DNA of 63,992 nucleotides, counting the filler, from Octopus bimaculoides (Eukaryota), in the NCBI RefSeq assembly GCF_001194135.2. It is 7 parts of 7 records of this genome, joined end to end, with 100 filler letters (N's around TTAATTAATTAA, not from the genome) between each part and the next. Parts side by side here need not be neighbours in the genome. Positions count along the whole stretch, not along the records: positions 22,032 to 36,678 come from NC_069004.1; positions 36,779 to 49,714 come from NC_069005.1; 5 more parts are not named here. The stretch is one strand, 5' to 3'. Below, piece by piece: positions 26,483 through 41,192 of the stretch. The notes under the pieces were generated by a model. The model was not told where the DNA came from and did not search any database. It saw only the letters and a list, made by a program, of their open reading frames with translations. The position numbers and the translations under genes are program-made. How positions within the stretch are numbered: position 1 is the first letter of the stretch; every line of letters starts with the position of its first letter.

Positions 26483-26785
26483 TGCAAGTGGCTGAGCACT
26501 CCACAGACACGTGTACCCTTAACGTAATTCTCGAGGAAACTCAGCGTGACACAGTGTGACAAGGCTGACCCTTTGAATTACAGGCACAACAGAAACAGGA
26601 AGTATGAGTGAGAGAAAGTTGTGGTGGAAGAGTATAGCAGGGTTCGCCACCATCTCCTGCCGGAGCCGCGAGGAGCTTTAGGTTTTTTCGCTCAATAAAC
26701 ACTCACAACGCCCGGTCTGCGAATCGAAACCGCGATCCTATGACCGCGAGTCCGCTGCCCTAACCACTGGGCCATTGCGCCTCCA
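26483..26785 (-). mobile_element. tRNA-derived SINE, relatively intact
   Basis: Minus strand GGTGGAGGCGCAATGGCCCAGTGGTTAGGGCAGCGGACTCGCGGTCATAGGATCGCGGTTTCGATTCGCAGACC has A and B boxes and a body extending to the gap. Confidence 0.8.
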
Positions 26786-26904
26786 CCAAATATAGGCAAA
26801 TGACCTATAAAAAAATTTAAAAATATGTAAAAAAAATACATTAAAAAATAAAAAATTTGTAGAAAATTTGTTTTTTAACAAATGTTTTGCAATTCTAATA
26901 GAAA

Positions 26905-27730
<826 letters not shown>

Positions 27731-27799
27731 GATGGTTTCTTCGTCGCTTTCGTGTTTAAGATTTACGTTGCTGGTATGTCAAACGATGCATGTGCATCA

Positions 27800-30430
27800 T
27801 GTTTTTCAAAGTGTGGAGAAGCCTAGCAGCACAACCACTTCCACTCTCTAAACAACGATGACAGATAACTGAGCATCATTGGCGGCGTTCCAGTGGCGTG
27901 TTTTGTACCAGAATTACTAATTACGCTTATGACTGTGTTTAAAAGTGGAAAGATGGTTTTCGATACGGCTTTTCAACTGCGTAGAAGACAATCCAATATA
28001 AAAGAATTCTTTAGATCCAGAGGTAATTTTGTATTGGGAAACAACGTTTTTAATATGGCGATTTCCATTGAGGACGCAAGTTTTATTCGGGCTACTGTTA
28101 CAAGGACTAATATCATTGATATTATTATTCAAGGAGAGATTATCGTTAATATTTTTAATGTTATTACCTTTGAGAATATAATTGCTATGCGAGGATATAA
28201 TCTGCAGGAGGCTTTTGGTGTTGGAAAAGTCAATTCTGATACGGTGGGTGTTGAAAATTGAGCGGTACCTGGAATTAATGGCAAAGTTCCTTTCGATAGA
28301 TAGACGAAATAGGTGGGAAGGTTACTTTTAACCTGTTTTCCATATGGAACAATCAACCAGATATTTTTATTAGGGTTACACGATTTATGGAGAGATTTAT
28401 TATCAAAAAAATTAATGTCTCTTTTTAAAGAACGGGAAAAGGGTGGAGAAGTATAGTTACTTCCCTTAGATTGTTTGTTTTTAAACTTCTGAAGGTTTGT
28501 AATGGCTATTTTGATGTAATGAGATACTATTCGGATTATTGTTTACGGCAGGAACAATGTATTTTTGTTGTTACTGTAACTATTACTATTAATAATATTA
28601 TTACTATCATTATTGTTATTAGTATTATTATTGTTATTATTACTATTATTATTACCAATAGCATAATTACTATCATCTAGATGATTAGAGGAAGAGTTAG
28701 GGACAAGATAGTTATAATATTTAATTTGTTCCTTATATCCTGCTTTATGTAAGGTTGGATTATAGAAATCAGTGTTATTATTGAAAACGGTTTCATTGGC
28801 GGATAATTTAGAGATTCTAAGTGATATGTTTTTAACCAATTTTTTTGTGATATTGGTAGGGTGATTAATAAAAATACTGATGTATTTCAGGTTGGTTGAA
28901 GTTTATGGTATGGGAAATATAAGTTGAGAGTAATATCAAGGAAGTTAACCTTAGTTCTATCATCATCGAAGGTAATACTTAGGGCCATATTGCTAAAGAA
29001 TTTGACAAGATTGCTTTTAACCTTTTGTAGTTTTTGATTAGAGATATTTTGGAGGTAAAGGAGGTAGTCGTGGCGATATAAGCCACCCAGTATATATGGG
29101 AATTGGTCAGCCATTTGTGATAGAATATAAATACTGACCAAATCAGCTATTTGTGCGGAATCGCTACTACTCATAGCAGTCGGGTCGATCATTACGAATC
29201 CCAAATTTGTTATCAAATTGGATAATAGATTTTCTAGCTGCTAGAACAACATTAATTTTACCTGGGGGTGAGGCCAGCTTTATTGTGCGCGAACCATAGG
29301 GCTTTATTAAGGATGATGGGATTGATAGAGGAATAATAACTGTAGATATCGAACTGGATAAATTTAGTGTTTAGTTTATTATCGATAGAGTTGAACCAGT
29401 CCCCAACCTGGAACGAGTTAGACCATAAATCAAGTTTAAGTATTTTCGTTAACGAAGGAATGTACTTAACAAGACTATTTTTGCTAAGTCTACCTATATC
29501 CGAGCTGGAAGGGCAGATAAGACGGGGAGTTGGGTTATTGAAGAAATTAGGTTTGTGATTCTTTTAGACAAAACGGGTTGTTTTGGAGATAAAGGCTGAA
29601 TTTTCATTTGTAAGTTATATTTTTCCATAATTTTCTTAGCCTCTAGGTTAGCCTTTCTGATAGCATTTTTACTAGTAGTCTTGTATATTTTTTTAATATT
29701 TCCTTTCTGAGCAGTTTTAGGTAAAAATCCGTGTTTAAGTGATACAAGTTACCAGTTTTATCCGATTGAACAAGGGGGCCTTCCATGCTGTTTATTTCTT
29801 TGGTAATATTATGTAGAGATCTTAAGATGTTCACAATGAAATTTAATCTTCTTAACAATAGACTAGAGGTCCTCTTCAAATTCCGAATATTGGTCATTGG
29901 GGGTGGCTTGATATCCTTATTATCGAAGAAGAAACCTTGCCATCTGATACGGTTAATGGATGAGTTAACCTTATTGATGACTTGCTTCAGGAAAACCTTT
30001 CTTGGGGGAATAAGTATATTCTTGAGAGAGGTCTTAATATTAAAAATCTCCATTTGCAGTAATTATTCTGGTTGCAGGTTTATCCAAAGAAAGCCCGGTG
30101 CATATGTGTGAATGTTCAATTTATAGGAAGGAAAGACCCAGGGGAATGATTGCAAGGTAGCCAGATGTAACATAAGTGTCCTAGGAATCAGTGATCACAC
30201 TTGTGTGGGAGAAGCGAGACGTATTTTGGAGGACATAGGAAAAATTGAAAATGGAGACAAACGCTCAAGATGTTATTAAATCATTTATATCTTCATATAG
30301 TTGACATATGTTTCAATGGATGCATTCAAAATAAATCCGACAGGATGGATAATGTGGAGCAATGCATCAATCTCATAAGGGAGGATATAAACAACAGTGT
30401 GCATCAATTAAACATCTTAACAGATATAAG
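27800..30430 (-). mobile_element. Decayed near full-length Penelope-like element, RT followed by C-terminal GIY-YIG endonuclease
   Basis: RT remnants TAMSSSDSAQIADLVSIYIL...GGLYRHDYL...KVNFLDITLNL. Endonuclease remnant CVLNGN..KNVV..YKI..GSKEFFYIGLSSTQLKSRIENH..TFKH. Many stops and frameshifts. Confidence 0.88.
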
Positions 30431-30447
30431 AAACTCCAATATGTGAC

Positions 30448-30481
<34 letters not shown>

Positions 30482-31710
30482 ATAATATTAGGGACAAAAT
30501 CCAAAATTACAGGTAAAAACTCAATTAAACTCAATTTATAAAAAATCAAAATTAAATTGAGCTTTATAGATAAAATATATATAAAATATATAGTTTTAGG
30601 GAAAATAACCAAGTTTCAAGAACTCATCGATGAAAATCCACTATCACATATAGAAAAATTAACAATTAAAAGCACAATAAATGAGTANNNNNNNNNNNNN
30701 NNNNNNNNNNNNNNNNNNNNNNNNNNNNNNNNNNNNNNNNNNNNNNNNNNNNNNNNNNNNNNNNNNNNNNNNNNNNNNNNNNNNNNNNNNNNNNNNNNNN
30801 NNNNNNNNNNNNNNNNNNNNNNNNNNNNNNNNNNNNNNNNNNNNNNNNNNNNNNNNNNNNNNNNNNNNNNNNNNNNNNNNNNNNNNNNNNNNNNNNNNNN
30901 NNNNNNNNNNNNNNNNNNNNNNNNNNNNNNNNNNNNNNNNNNNNNNNNNNNNNNNNNNNNNNNNNNNNNNNNNNNNNNNNNNNNNNNNNNNNNNNNNNNN
31001 NNNNNNNNNNNNNNNNTATCAAAATAATAAACATTCAATAATCATCCCTACATCCATTATAATATATGCTAACATGTATATTATATACAAAAAACAGCTT
31101 ACATAAATTATCATAGTTTTAAATACAATTTGAACGAAGTTTAAGTTTAAAATAATAATGAAGATAAAATTAGTACATATTTAACCGGTGTAATAGTTAA
31201 AGCTATACTATTTAAAACTAAAAACGTTTATTTAATTATCATTAAAAATCAATTGAATAATAGAAAAATACAAGAATATTTATTTCTACAAATAAACACA
31301 TTTTAGTACCGAATGCGAGGAAAAACAACTTTTGAAATAAACCAACATTTGGGACGTCTAGAGTGTGGCATTATTCTGTAGTAATGCCCTTTATATATAT
31401 ATAAACGAATAAGTATATTCTTGGGAATAGAAATTTCCCTTACTAATTTTTTTACACACTAGCTTCCTGATGAAATTCTTGTAAAAGATTTTATCCTTTT
31501 TGGATTTTATTAACCAAAAATATATATCCGGAATATATTCAATGCTGAATTTTATTCCGTTTGGAACACGTGTACCGAGAACAACTCAGAGAGATTCCCG
31601 CTTTTACAGAGATGTATATAGATAAGCATCATTCCCTTTGCTTGACCGGATACATTGTTGTTCGTTTTGGTGAGGTGAGGATTCTGTTTATTTATATATG
31701 TTGATACTAT

Positions 31711-31773
31711 ACTATGCTGACGAGCGGAAACTAGATTTCATTCTGGTAATTGTGAAATCGGTCGATACATAGT
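31711..31773 (+). ncRNA. Candidate type I hammerhead ribozyme with near-palindromic stem III
   Basis: ACTATG-CTGACGA-[stem II, partly decayed]-GAAA-TCGGTCGA-TA-CATAGT. Stem I is a perfect 6 bp and the core is intact. Confidence 0.7.
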
Positions 31774-32870
31774 TGAGTTTAAAAAAAAAAAATGTTGGTT
31801 TTTTTCACGCTGACTACTTGATAAATTCTTATAAACATTTTATCCTATATTATATTATATTATATATATATATATATATATATNNNNNNNNNNNNNNNNN
31901 NNNNNNNNNNNNNNNNNNNNNNNNNNNNNNNNNNNNNNNNNNNNNNNNNNNNNNNNNNNNNNNNNNNNNNNNNNNNNNNNNNNNNNNNNNNNNNNNNNNN
32001 NNNNNNNNNNNNNNNNNNNNNNNNNATATATATACACGTATAGAAACATATATACTCATATAAACACACGTATACATAGACATACACACGCATAAGCATA
32101 TATGCATAAACATACATGCACATATACATACACAAACACTTACACACGTATACACGAGCACATGCACACATATATAAATGTACATGCATATACATACAGG
32201 AACACCTACGTACATACACGCATATACATATATGGAAAGCGAAGATGTGAAGCGAACGCTAGTAATTTTAATATGCCGTTATATAAAGAATAAATATTCA
32301 AACGGATATTCGTATAGATGTTTTTATTGTTATTACTATCAGCAGTAAATATAAATAACTGATAATAATCCTTTCTACTATAGGCACAAGGCCTGAAATT
32401 TGGGAGAGGGGGATAATCGATCACATCGAACCCGGTGTTTCACTGGTACTTAATTTATCGACCCCGAAAGGATGAAAGGTAAAGTCGACCTCGGTGGAAT
32501 TTGAACTCAGAACGTAACGACGGGCGAAATGTCAGCTTACCGCCTTCATAAATCACTGGTAATAATAACAGCAAAAAATTATAGGTAATAGCAAGCAATG
32601 ATAGCGTTAAATAGTTAGAGAATAAACATGCATGTATATATGCACACGCATAAGATACCAACAAAATTATATACAATCACAAATATTTAGTCACAAATGA
32701 CTGAGAAATAATTTGATGAAATTTTATTTATCAATCTCACGACAAATTGTTTCGTAGCTTGTAAATAATTTATATTATATTTAGTAGTACATAAATTGCT
32801 TACATACCTACTTTAATGCAAAATGCAAAAAAAATCCTTCTTTCTATATATATGTTTATATGTGGGTGTA

Positions 32871-32912
<42 letters not shown>

Positions 32913-33929
32913 CGCGTGTCTGTATATAATATATCTATTTGACTTGTGATATATAAAGCAGGCACATCAACACATACTGAACTTACATGCAAATAAATAT
33001 ACACATCACATCTACATAACCACACATACGTATACACACATACCCTTGTCTTCTCTCTCTCTCCCATCTTTATTCCCTCTCTCTTCACCTCTCTCTTCTG
33101 ACTCCATTTCTCCCTGCTCTCTCCTTGCCTCTCTCCCCTCACTCTTCCTATCTCTCTCTTTCTCCTTCCCTCCTCTCTCTTACTTCTCCGACTATCTCAT
33201 CCGTCTCTTATCCCTCTCTCTTCACTCTCCACCTCTCTCCCTTTCCTCTCTCATATCACTCCATCTCTTTTCTCTCAATGCTTCTCCCTCCCTACTCCTT
33301 ATCCCCCTCTTCCTTCACTCTCCTCTATCTGCCCGCCTCTTTCTCGCCCTCCTCTCACTTACCTCTTCTCTTTCCCCTCCCCCATCTTTCTCTAAGTACA
33401 AGCCTATAGCTGAAGGAAGGTGATTTCTATTTTGACATATTTCCCAATGGCTTTAATATGATTTATGACGTGAAAGCCTCCTGGTCAAAGTGACTTCTGA
33501 TGTATGAGGATTATCAAGAGTTCGTGCACAAATCCGGCTGATCCCCCTTTAGGAAACATTTAACACCATTTTTTTCCTGTTTCTTTTCTCAGAAAGGAAT
33601 ATACAAAATACAGAAGTTAGTTTAAAATACTTTCTTCAACTCCACAGGGCTTAGAATTTATCTAACAATATTTTCTTTTCTTTCGCCTCTTAAAGCTCTA
33701 ATGGGACTTTTAACGATCACTCGTCTTTTTGGCTCCAACTTTATGGTGTGAAAACAGCGAGAGATCAATCTTTCTTACAGTCCTGCATACAATACCAGTC
33801 TATATGACAATGTTCCCAGATGATTAATTTACGTACGCACGCACACACTGCATACACACAACCCATACATACGTGCAGTGACCGACAATTACTTTATAAT
33901 ATAGACAGGGCAATAAACTGCAACGTTAA

Positions 33930-34260
33930 TTTCATAAAAAAACTATCCAAAATGAACGAAGTTTTGTCTCAATATTTTTAGGCGCTAATATCACGCCTTT
34001 CGTTCGATTAAGCAAGAAATCGACTGAATCATCAATGACAGACTGATCCATGTTTATCCATTCTTCGCTCAATGGTTCTTTCAGCTCTATAATTGATGTA
34101 ATTTTCGTCGATCTTTCACGCAACCTTCTAGTAAGCTTTTTTTCCATACGTTCAATTGGTTTAATATCGGGTCTTTGAGTAAACCGCTTCAGAGATTTGA
34201 TTCCATGAGTTCGTTTCTAAGCTTGTGTTACCTTGCTTCGTCAACACGGGGCTTCATTTT
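33930..34260 (-). mobile_element. Highly decayed Tc1-like transposase C-terminal fragment
   Basis: SIIELKEPLSEEWINMDQSVIDDSV resembles the Tc1 C-terminal LK..L.EEW..I....I...V segment. Confidence 0.5.
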
Positions 34261-35810
34261 CCTTATAAGAATCACAGACCTTTTGCCGCTATCTAACTGT
34301 GTTTTGGGCCATTTAAATGATTTTAACAAATAAATCTGAGCTTCGTTCAATTAAGCTTGAAGCCACTTAAATTATAAATGATAGACCGATTCATGTACAT
34401 CTATTACATGAGTTATTTCCGTTTGCTCATTTTTGTTTAAATTATACAAACTAATATTGTTATATTTCGGGACGGTCATTTTCTTTTTCCAAATAAACAC
34501 ACGCACTATATATATTCCTTCTTCACTCGTTTATTACTGTTCTTATTCTAACTCATGTCCATTGTCTGGAAATATTTCGTCACATATCTGTAACCTCTTC
34601 AGTGACACTTTTCGTTTTCCTGTATTCTCCTGCTTCGCTTAGTCCGTTCTGTCGCTGATGCATCTGCGTCTTTATGTGTGTGCATGTGTGTGTGTATGTG
34701 TGTGTGTGTGCGCACGCGCATATGCACGTGTATGTGTTTTGCATGTGCGCTTATCTCCGTATATATGGCCTTATCTACTACATTGTTTATACCCTTTATA
34801 TTGTTATCGTCGTTGTTCTTGGTGACACCCTCCCCTCATCTACGTTTTCTTTTCTGTTGCTGCTGCTGCTGTTCTTGACCCTTACTCTTGATATTATTCT
34901 TGGACATTTCTCTGTTCATGTGTCCTTTCATATTGTTGTTATCGTCGTTGTTGTTCGTGGTCTTATTGTTGTTGCGGCCGTTTGTGAAGTTACTGTGTGT
35001 TTGTGCATGTATATGGGTTTCTTTACTATGTTGTTTGTATCCATGCCCTTTATATAGTTCCTGGAAACAAGGTTAAGGAGCTGCTGTGCTAATGACGGCT
35101 ATTGAGCCAGAAACACGCACCTATAACTGTTCTCTTACCTCAAGGCAATAAGCCTGTCTTTTAGAGAATTATTTGAATTTGAGATTATCTCCTTCTCTTA
35201 AGTGGAGCTAGTCTCAAACGCTGTTTGGTAATTATAATGCATCCTTTAGAGGCGGAGATAATTCTACTACATGAAGAATTTATGTTGTATGGTATCTGAT
35301 ATACCTGTATTTATCTCTGTTGTTCCTATACATGCCTCTAGACACTCTGACTAATTTCTCTTTGCTCATTTTTGTTTAAAATATGCACATTTGCTCAAAA
35401 TATACATATAGGCACTAGAATAACTGTGTGGTACGAAGCTTGCTTCCCAACCACATGGTCCCGGGTTCAGTCCCACTGCGTGGTACTTTGGACAAGTGTC
35501 GTCTGCTAGAGCCTCAGATTGTTATATTTACTCTCACCGCTAATCCAAACACATATAGAAGCGCCCACATACTTCAACGAACCTTTGGAGTGGTGAAAAT
35601 CGATAAACATCCTTCAGTTGAACATTCGTTGGTTCCAACTTTAATGCCATATCACCTGAAGAAGTGAGCACATGAACAATGTCCCACCTGATGTCCATAG
35701 ATATTACAAATTGGACTGCAATATGCGGACTCTGGTCAGAAAAAAATGCGATTTGTCGAAACGCGCGTGGTGATGCATTCAAATATTTATTCCTTCCATG
35801 AATCATATTA

Positions 35811-35869
<59 letters not shown>

Positions 35870-35992
35870 TATTATTATTATTCAGTAGTTTTATTTTTAT
35901 AACGTGCTTTCATTTCACACCTTGGACGCAGCTCTGTGTGCCTTGGGCATGTGCTGTGGTGTGCTGTGATGCTCTTATGGTTACTGCATTGA

Positions 35993-36074
<82 letters not shown>

Positions 36075-36522
36075 GCTACTCTCCATTCAGAGTTATTTCT
36101 CTTGGCTCAATTTTGTTGACGTTATTCATCGTTCCATGATTAACTCTTTCCACCCCATCAAATCGAACTGTTTGTATTGATTTGCCCGCTGATATTAGCC
36201 GATGACTTGCTCGTATGTATATTCATTGATATCTTTTTCTCTCAATTGTTTTTTTATGCTTGGATTTTATCAAATTAAGGGAATAATAGAAAATCATATA
36301 TTTATCTGCATTGAAGAAAAAAATATATCTAATTAGGGAAAAGAAGAGAGAAAAAAAAAGATGAAACCGAAGAATCGACGGGATGCTTAATACTTTTCGT
36401 AGGGCACTGTATGTGTGCGTGCTTGTATGTGAGTGTGTGTTTATATTTGTATGAATGTATGTATGTATACGCTCATATATATGTATGTGCTCATATATAT
36501 GTATGTATGTATGTATGTATGC

Positions 36523-36590
<68 letters not shown>

Positions 36591-39214
36591 GTCTATCTAC
36601 ATATATATAGTTTTATATATATATATAGTTTTATATATATATATATAGTTTTATATATATATATATAGTTTTATATATNNNNNNNNNNNNNNNNNNNNNN
36701 NNNNNNNNNNNNNNNNNNNNNNTTAATTAATTAANNNNNNNNNNNNNNNNNNNNNNNNNNNNNNNNNNNNNNNNNNNNTATATACTCTGTCAAATATATC
36801 ATCATCATCATCATCATCATCACCACTACAGGTGGGGATTGGCTACAGGAAAACCATCCACCCATAGAAAATCTACCTCAGTCAATTTCCATCTGATTCA
36901 TGCTAGTATGGAAAAGTGGACATTCAATGATGATGATGATGATGATGGTGATGACGATGAAGATGACGGATGTGGCTGTGTATACCGCAGAAAACCTCTA
37001 CCCGTAATGTACTTTCCCAAGCAGAATCAACATGACAAAATGTATGACAAGCTTGGTCTTTTGGGAATTACAATTTCATTTGACAGATTCAAGTTCCTGC
37101 ACTTTCACTTGCAAAACTGGAGCATTTCCGAGGCCATGGGAAAAGATTCTTGCCCCAGATACCAACCACGGAATAGTATTGAACCTGAGGTCTCATAATT
37201 ATGAAGCAAACTTGTTAACAACTCATCTTGCCTCTTGCTTCTCTTATCTTGTTTTCTGCACTTCTCAATGGGTTGCTGCAGCTGGCATCTTCTCTGTTGG
37301 AACCACGAAGGTGTCTTCTGCAGAGCTTGCCAGATCCAGTCTTCACCTGCAAAAGTAGGCAAAACCCTTATATGCTAATTAACCAATAGCTGGGAGTCTG
37401 AGAGGTGCTGCTATCTCCAGGTCAGAGTAGACATGGGCACAATAGGGACTAAAAGGTGGTTCCACATTCCTCGACAACCCTGGAATTCCTGAACCAAGGT
37501 GCCGCTACACGGTGTGATTTTAAAGTGATATTTACGACGTGTATATAGTTGCACACACTCACATGCATGTGCACACACACACACACACACACACAAAAAC
37601 ATGGACTCACACTGACATATAGATAGAGGACATGCACGCACACATGGTCATACACACACCTACACTCACAGACACACAGCCCCTCCCCACACAAACACAT
37701 ACACACAGGCGCATGCACACACACATACACATATACAAACACGCATACACTGACACGCAAACACTAATACACACATACACACACATACATACACACACAC
37801 ACACATACAGGTGCATACACACACACACATATACAAACATGCATACACTGACATACAAACACTAATACACACAGACACACACACACCACACATACAAACA
37901 CGCACACACACACCACACACATACACGTATATAAACACACGTACACATACACACAAGAGTCCAAGCCGCATGAGTCTATCAATGTGAGTCAGTCAACGTT
38001 TTGCGATCTGTTTGAAAATGGCGGTGAAAATTTATATTTGTCATGGACCAACATGTCATCTAATGTGCGTCATTATGACAGGAGTAGGGGCAGAATGGGT
38101 GATATTTTCGGACTCCTAAATAGTGAATGGGGGGGGGGGAAACCCATTGGACCGTCATGTATGTATATGTGAGTGTATATGTATGTATGTATGTACATGT
38201 GTATGTGTATATGTATGTGTATGCATGTGTGTGTGTGTGTGAGTGTGTGTGTGAGAGAGAGTGAGAGCAAACTTCCTTGCTTATGTGTGTGTAAATATAT
38301 ATTTGTTAAACATTATCATTTTTTTGCCATGATCTAAATCATTTAAGATGAGACATTCTGCTAATGACCATTCCATCATTCTGTCTTCCATTATTGTGTA
38401 TCTTGGACTACATTATCAAATGTGTTCTGTTTTTGTGGGTAGTTTAGCTTAATCGGTCAAAGCATCGTGACATGTAATTTGAGGGAAAATTAAGCTGTTA
38501 TTTCTAGCAAATGGATTGAGCAACTAACTGAAAACTCCTTTATCAACCCCGTCTGTTTGTGTTATTTAACCCTAGGCCATACTGGATAAAATGGTCAGCA
38601 GCATTTTTTCTGGCTTTATTATTTGATTCTTTTACTTGTTTCAGTCATTTAACTGTGGCCATGCTGGAGCAATGCCTTTAGTCGAACAAATCAACCCCAG
38701 TACTTATTCTTTGTAAGCCTAGTACTTATTCTATCAGCTGTCTTTTGCCAAACCGCTAAGTTACAGGGATGTAAACACACCAACATTGGTTGTCAAGCAA
38801 TGATGGGAAGACAAGCACAGACACACAAATACACACACACATGTATGAGTGTGGTAGTTGCCAGTACCGCCTGACTGGCCCTCGTGCCAGTGACACATAA
38901 AAGCACCCACTACACTCTCGGAGTGGTTGGCGTTAGGAATGGCATCCAGCTGTAGAAACTCTGCCACATCATATTGGAGTCAAACTGTCCAATCCATGCC
39001 AGCATGGAAAGCGGATGTAAAACGATGATGATGATGATGATGATGATATATATATACAATGGGCTTCTTTCAGTTTTGGTCTACCAAATCCACTCACAAG
39101 GCTTTGGTCAGCCTGAGGCTATAGTTGAAGACACTTGCCCAAGGTGCCACGCAGTGGGACTGAACCCAGAACCATGTAGTTGGTAAGCAAGGTACTTACC
39201 ACACAGCCACATTT

Positions 39215-39430
39215 TTTTTTCTTTTGCCAAATAAACACACATTCGTTTTTCTATAAAAAGACAGAATGGACTAAGCGGAACAGGAAGATACAAGAAGATG
39301 AAAAGTGTTGCTGAAGTGGTCACAGATGTGTGACAAAAGATTTCCAGACAATGGACATTAGTTAAAATAACAGCAATAAAGAAGTGTAGAACGAATATAT
39401 AGTGTGTGTGTTTATTTGGTGAAAAAAATT
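39215..39430. mobile_element. Small MITE-like element with ~30-bp imperfect TIRs
   Basis: CCAAATAAACACACATTCGTT near 39227 is inverted relative to AACGAATATATAGTGTGTGTGTTTATTTGG near 39390-39419. Confidence 0.6.
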
Positions 39431-39494
39431 GGTGCAGTGGAAGCGTGCTGGGCCCATAACCCAGAGGTCTGTAGATCGAAACTACGCTCTGCTA
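39430..39494 (+). pseudogene. Initiator tRNA-Met (CAT) copy lacking the 5' acceptor strand
   Basis: TGGTGCAGTGGAAGCGTGCTGGGCCCATAACCCAGAGGTCTGTAGATCGAAACTACGCTCTGCTA matches the metazoan tRNAiMet body (GGG/CCC anticodon stem, ATCG T-loop). AGCAGAG is missing. A T7 run follows at ~39502. Confidence 0.9.
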
Positions 39495-40425
39495 ACGGTA
39501 ATTTTTTTAAAGGCGGTGCTCCAGCATGGCCACAGTCAAATGACTGAAACAAGTAAAAGAGTATAAAAGAGTATAAACCATCCCCAAATATAACAATATT
39601 TATTTCAACTCACGGTTTCACATCAAGAATCTGGCAACAGAAATTCATAAGCATAATAAGAATCCTTTCTACTTAAGGTGCAAGGTCTGAAATTTTGGGG
39701 GAGGGCCTGAAATTTTAGTCAATAACATCGACCCCAGTGTTTCAATGTGTGTGCGCTTGCCACTCCTACCGCTTGACAACCGGTGTTGGTTTGTTTAAAA
39801 CTAACGGTTCGACAAAAGACACCGATGGAATATGTACCGAACATAAAAACAAAAAAATAAATAATAAATAAGTACTGGGGAGCGATTTCTTCGACTAAAA
39901 GCCATCTAATTGGTGGTGTAGCATGGCCGCAGTCCAATGACTGAAACAAGTAAAAGATAAAAAAAAAGGGTTTGATTTGTGAGGGGGGAAATTGGCTGCT
40001 ATTTCTAGCAGGTCGAACAACCACGTTCGAAGGGACTCCTTCAGTGAGGCTTCGAAGGTCGGTGATTATCGCGAGGTGGTGACAACGAGGGGAAACTGAA
40101 TCTTGTAGGAGGTTGGGGCAGAGGAGGAAAATAAGTGGCCAGCAGTTTGTGGACGGTATGTGGGACAGAGACAGTATGAGTTACAAAAGGGCCAATTTGA
40201 GAGAGTAACAGCATAAAAACGAACGGTGGATAGGGAGCAGAAGGGCACAGTGTGGTGTGAATCACCACGAGAGGTACAGGAATGTAGCCAAACACTTCAT
40301 TCATCTCTTTCTCTCTCTCTCCTATTTATCTATCTATCTATCTATTACATATATCTCTCTGTCTACAAAGACATACGCATATATGTGTGTGTATTTGTCT
40401 ATAAGTAGATGTGTGTGTGTGCGCA

Positions 40426-40458
<33 letters not shown>

Positions 40459-41192
40459 TGGTTAACATGTTCGTCTGTCTATATTTACCTATTTATCTAT
40501 CTTCCTATCTCCATGTCTGTCTATTTACATCTTTCACTCTTTTTTTTTCTCCCTCTGTCTTTCCAATCCCTCGCCTTCTCTTCTCTTCTAATTCTAATTA
40601 CTTTCCTTTCTCTCTCTCTCTCCCTCAACTTATACTCACACACACACGTACACACACACACACACCATTGCTCGTTACTCTCAGCCGTTCCTTTCTAAAA
40701 AAAAAAGAAGCCTCACTTCTTTCTCTTTTCCCCCCTCCATCATCATCCGCCGCCGCCACCACCATTCACTTACAACAGGACGTCCCGACTGCATTCCTCC
40801 CTCTTCTCCCACGCTTCTCTCTCTCTCTCTCTCTTCTTCTTTTATCCCCCCCTCCGTATTTCGTTCATTTTTCACCTCATCCCGCTACCATCTGCTCACT
40901 CTCTCACAGCAGTCACTCAACTCCAACTTTCCCTCCCCTTCCTCCCCCTCTAATTTAAACTATTCTATCTGTTAAGTTTTATTTATTTACTTACGCAGTC
41001 CAGGTTCTCGTTTACCCTGTACTTTTTCTCTCTCTTCCTTCCAGCGAACTAACAAACTTGTAACCCCATTCCTTTCTCTCTCTCTCTCTCTCTGTGTCTC
41101 ACTCACTCCCGTTTCTCTCTCTTTCTCTATCGGAATTCCGTCGAGTCCGGAGCCTTTCTCATGTCCCCTGGTGCAAGGAAGTGGACTTCGCC

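Noticed and set aside
37105-37362. Minus-strand ORF behind a good acceptor (ttttgcag|GTGAAG)
   Set aside because: No domain similarity, weak donor, and embedded among repeat fragments.
40257-40958. 233-aa ORF upstream of G-alpha
   Set aside because: Low-complexity CT/CA/TA repeats with no domain similarity; more likely promoter, 5' UTR or intron sequence.
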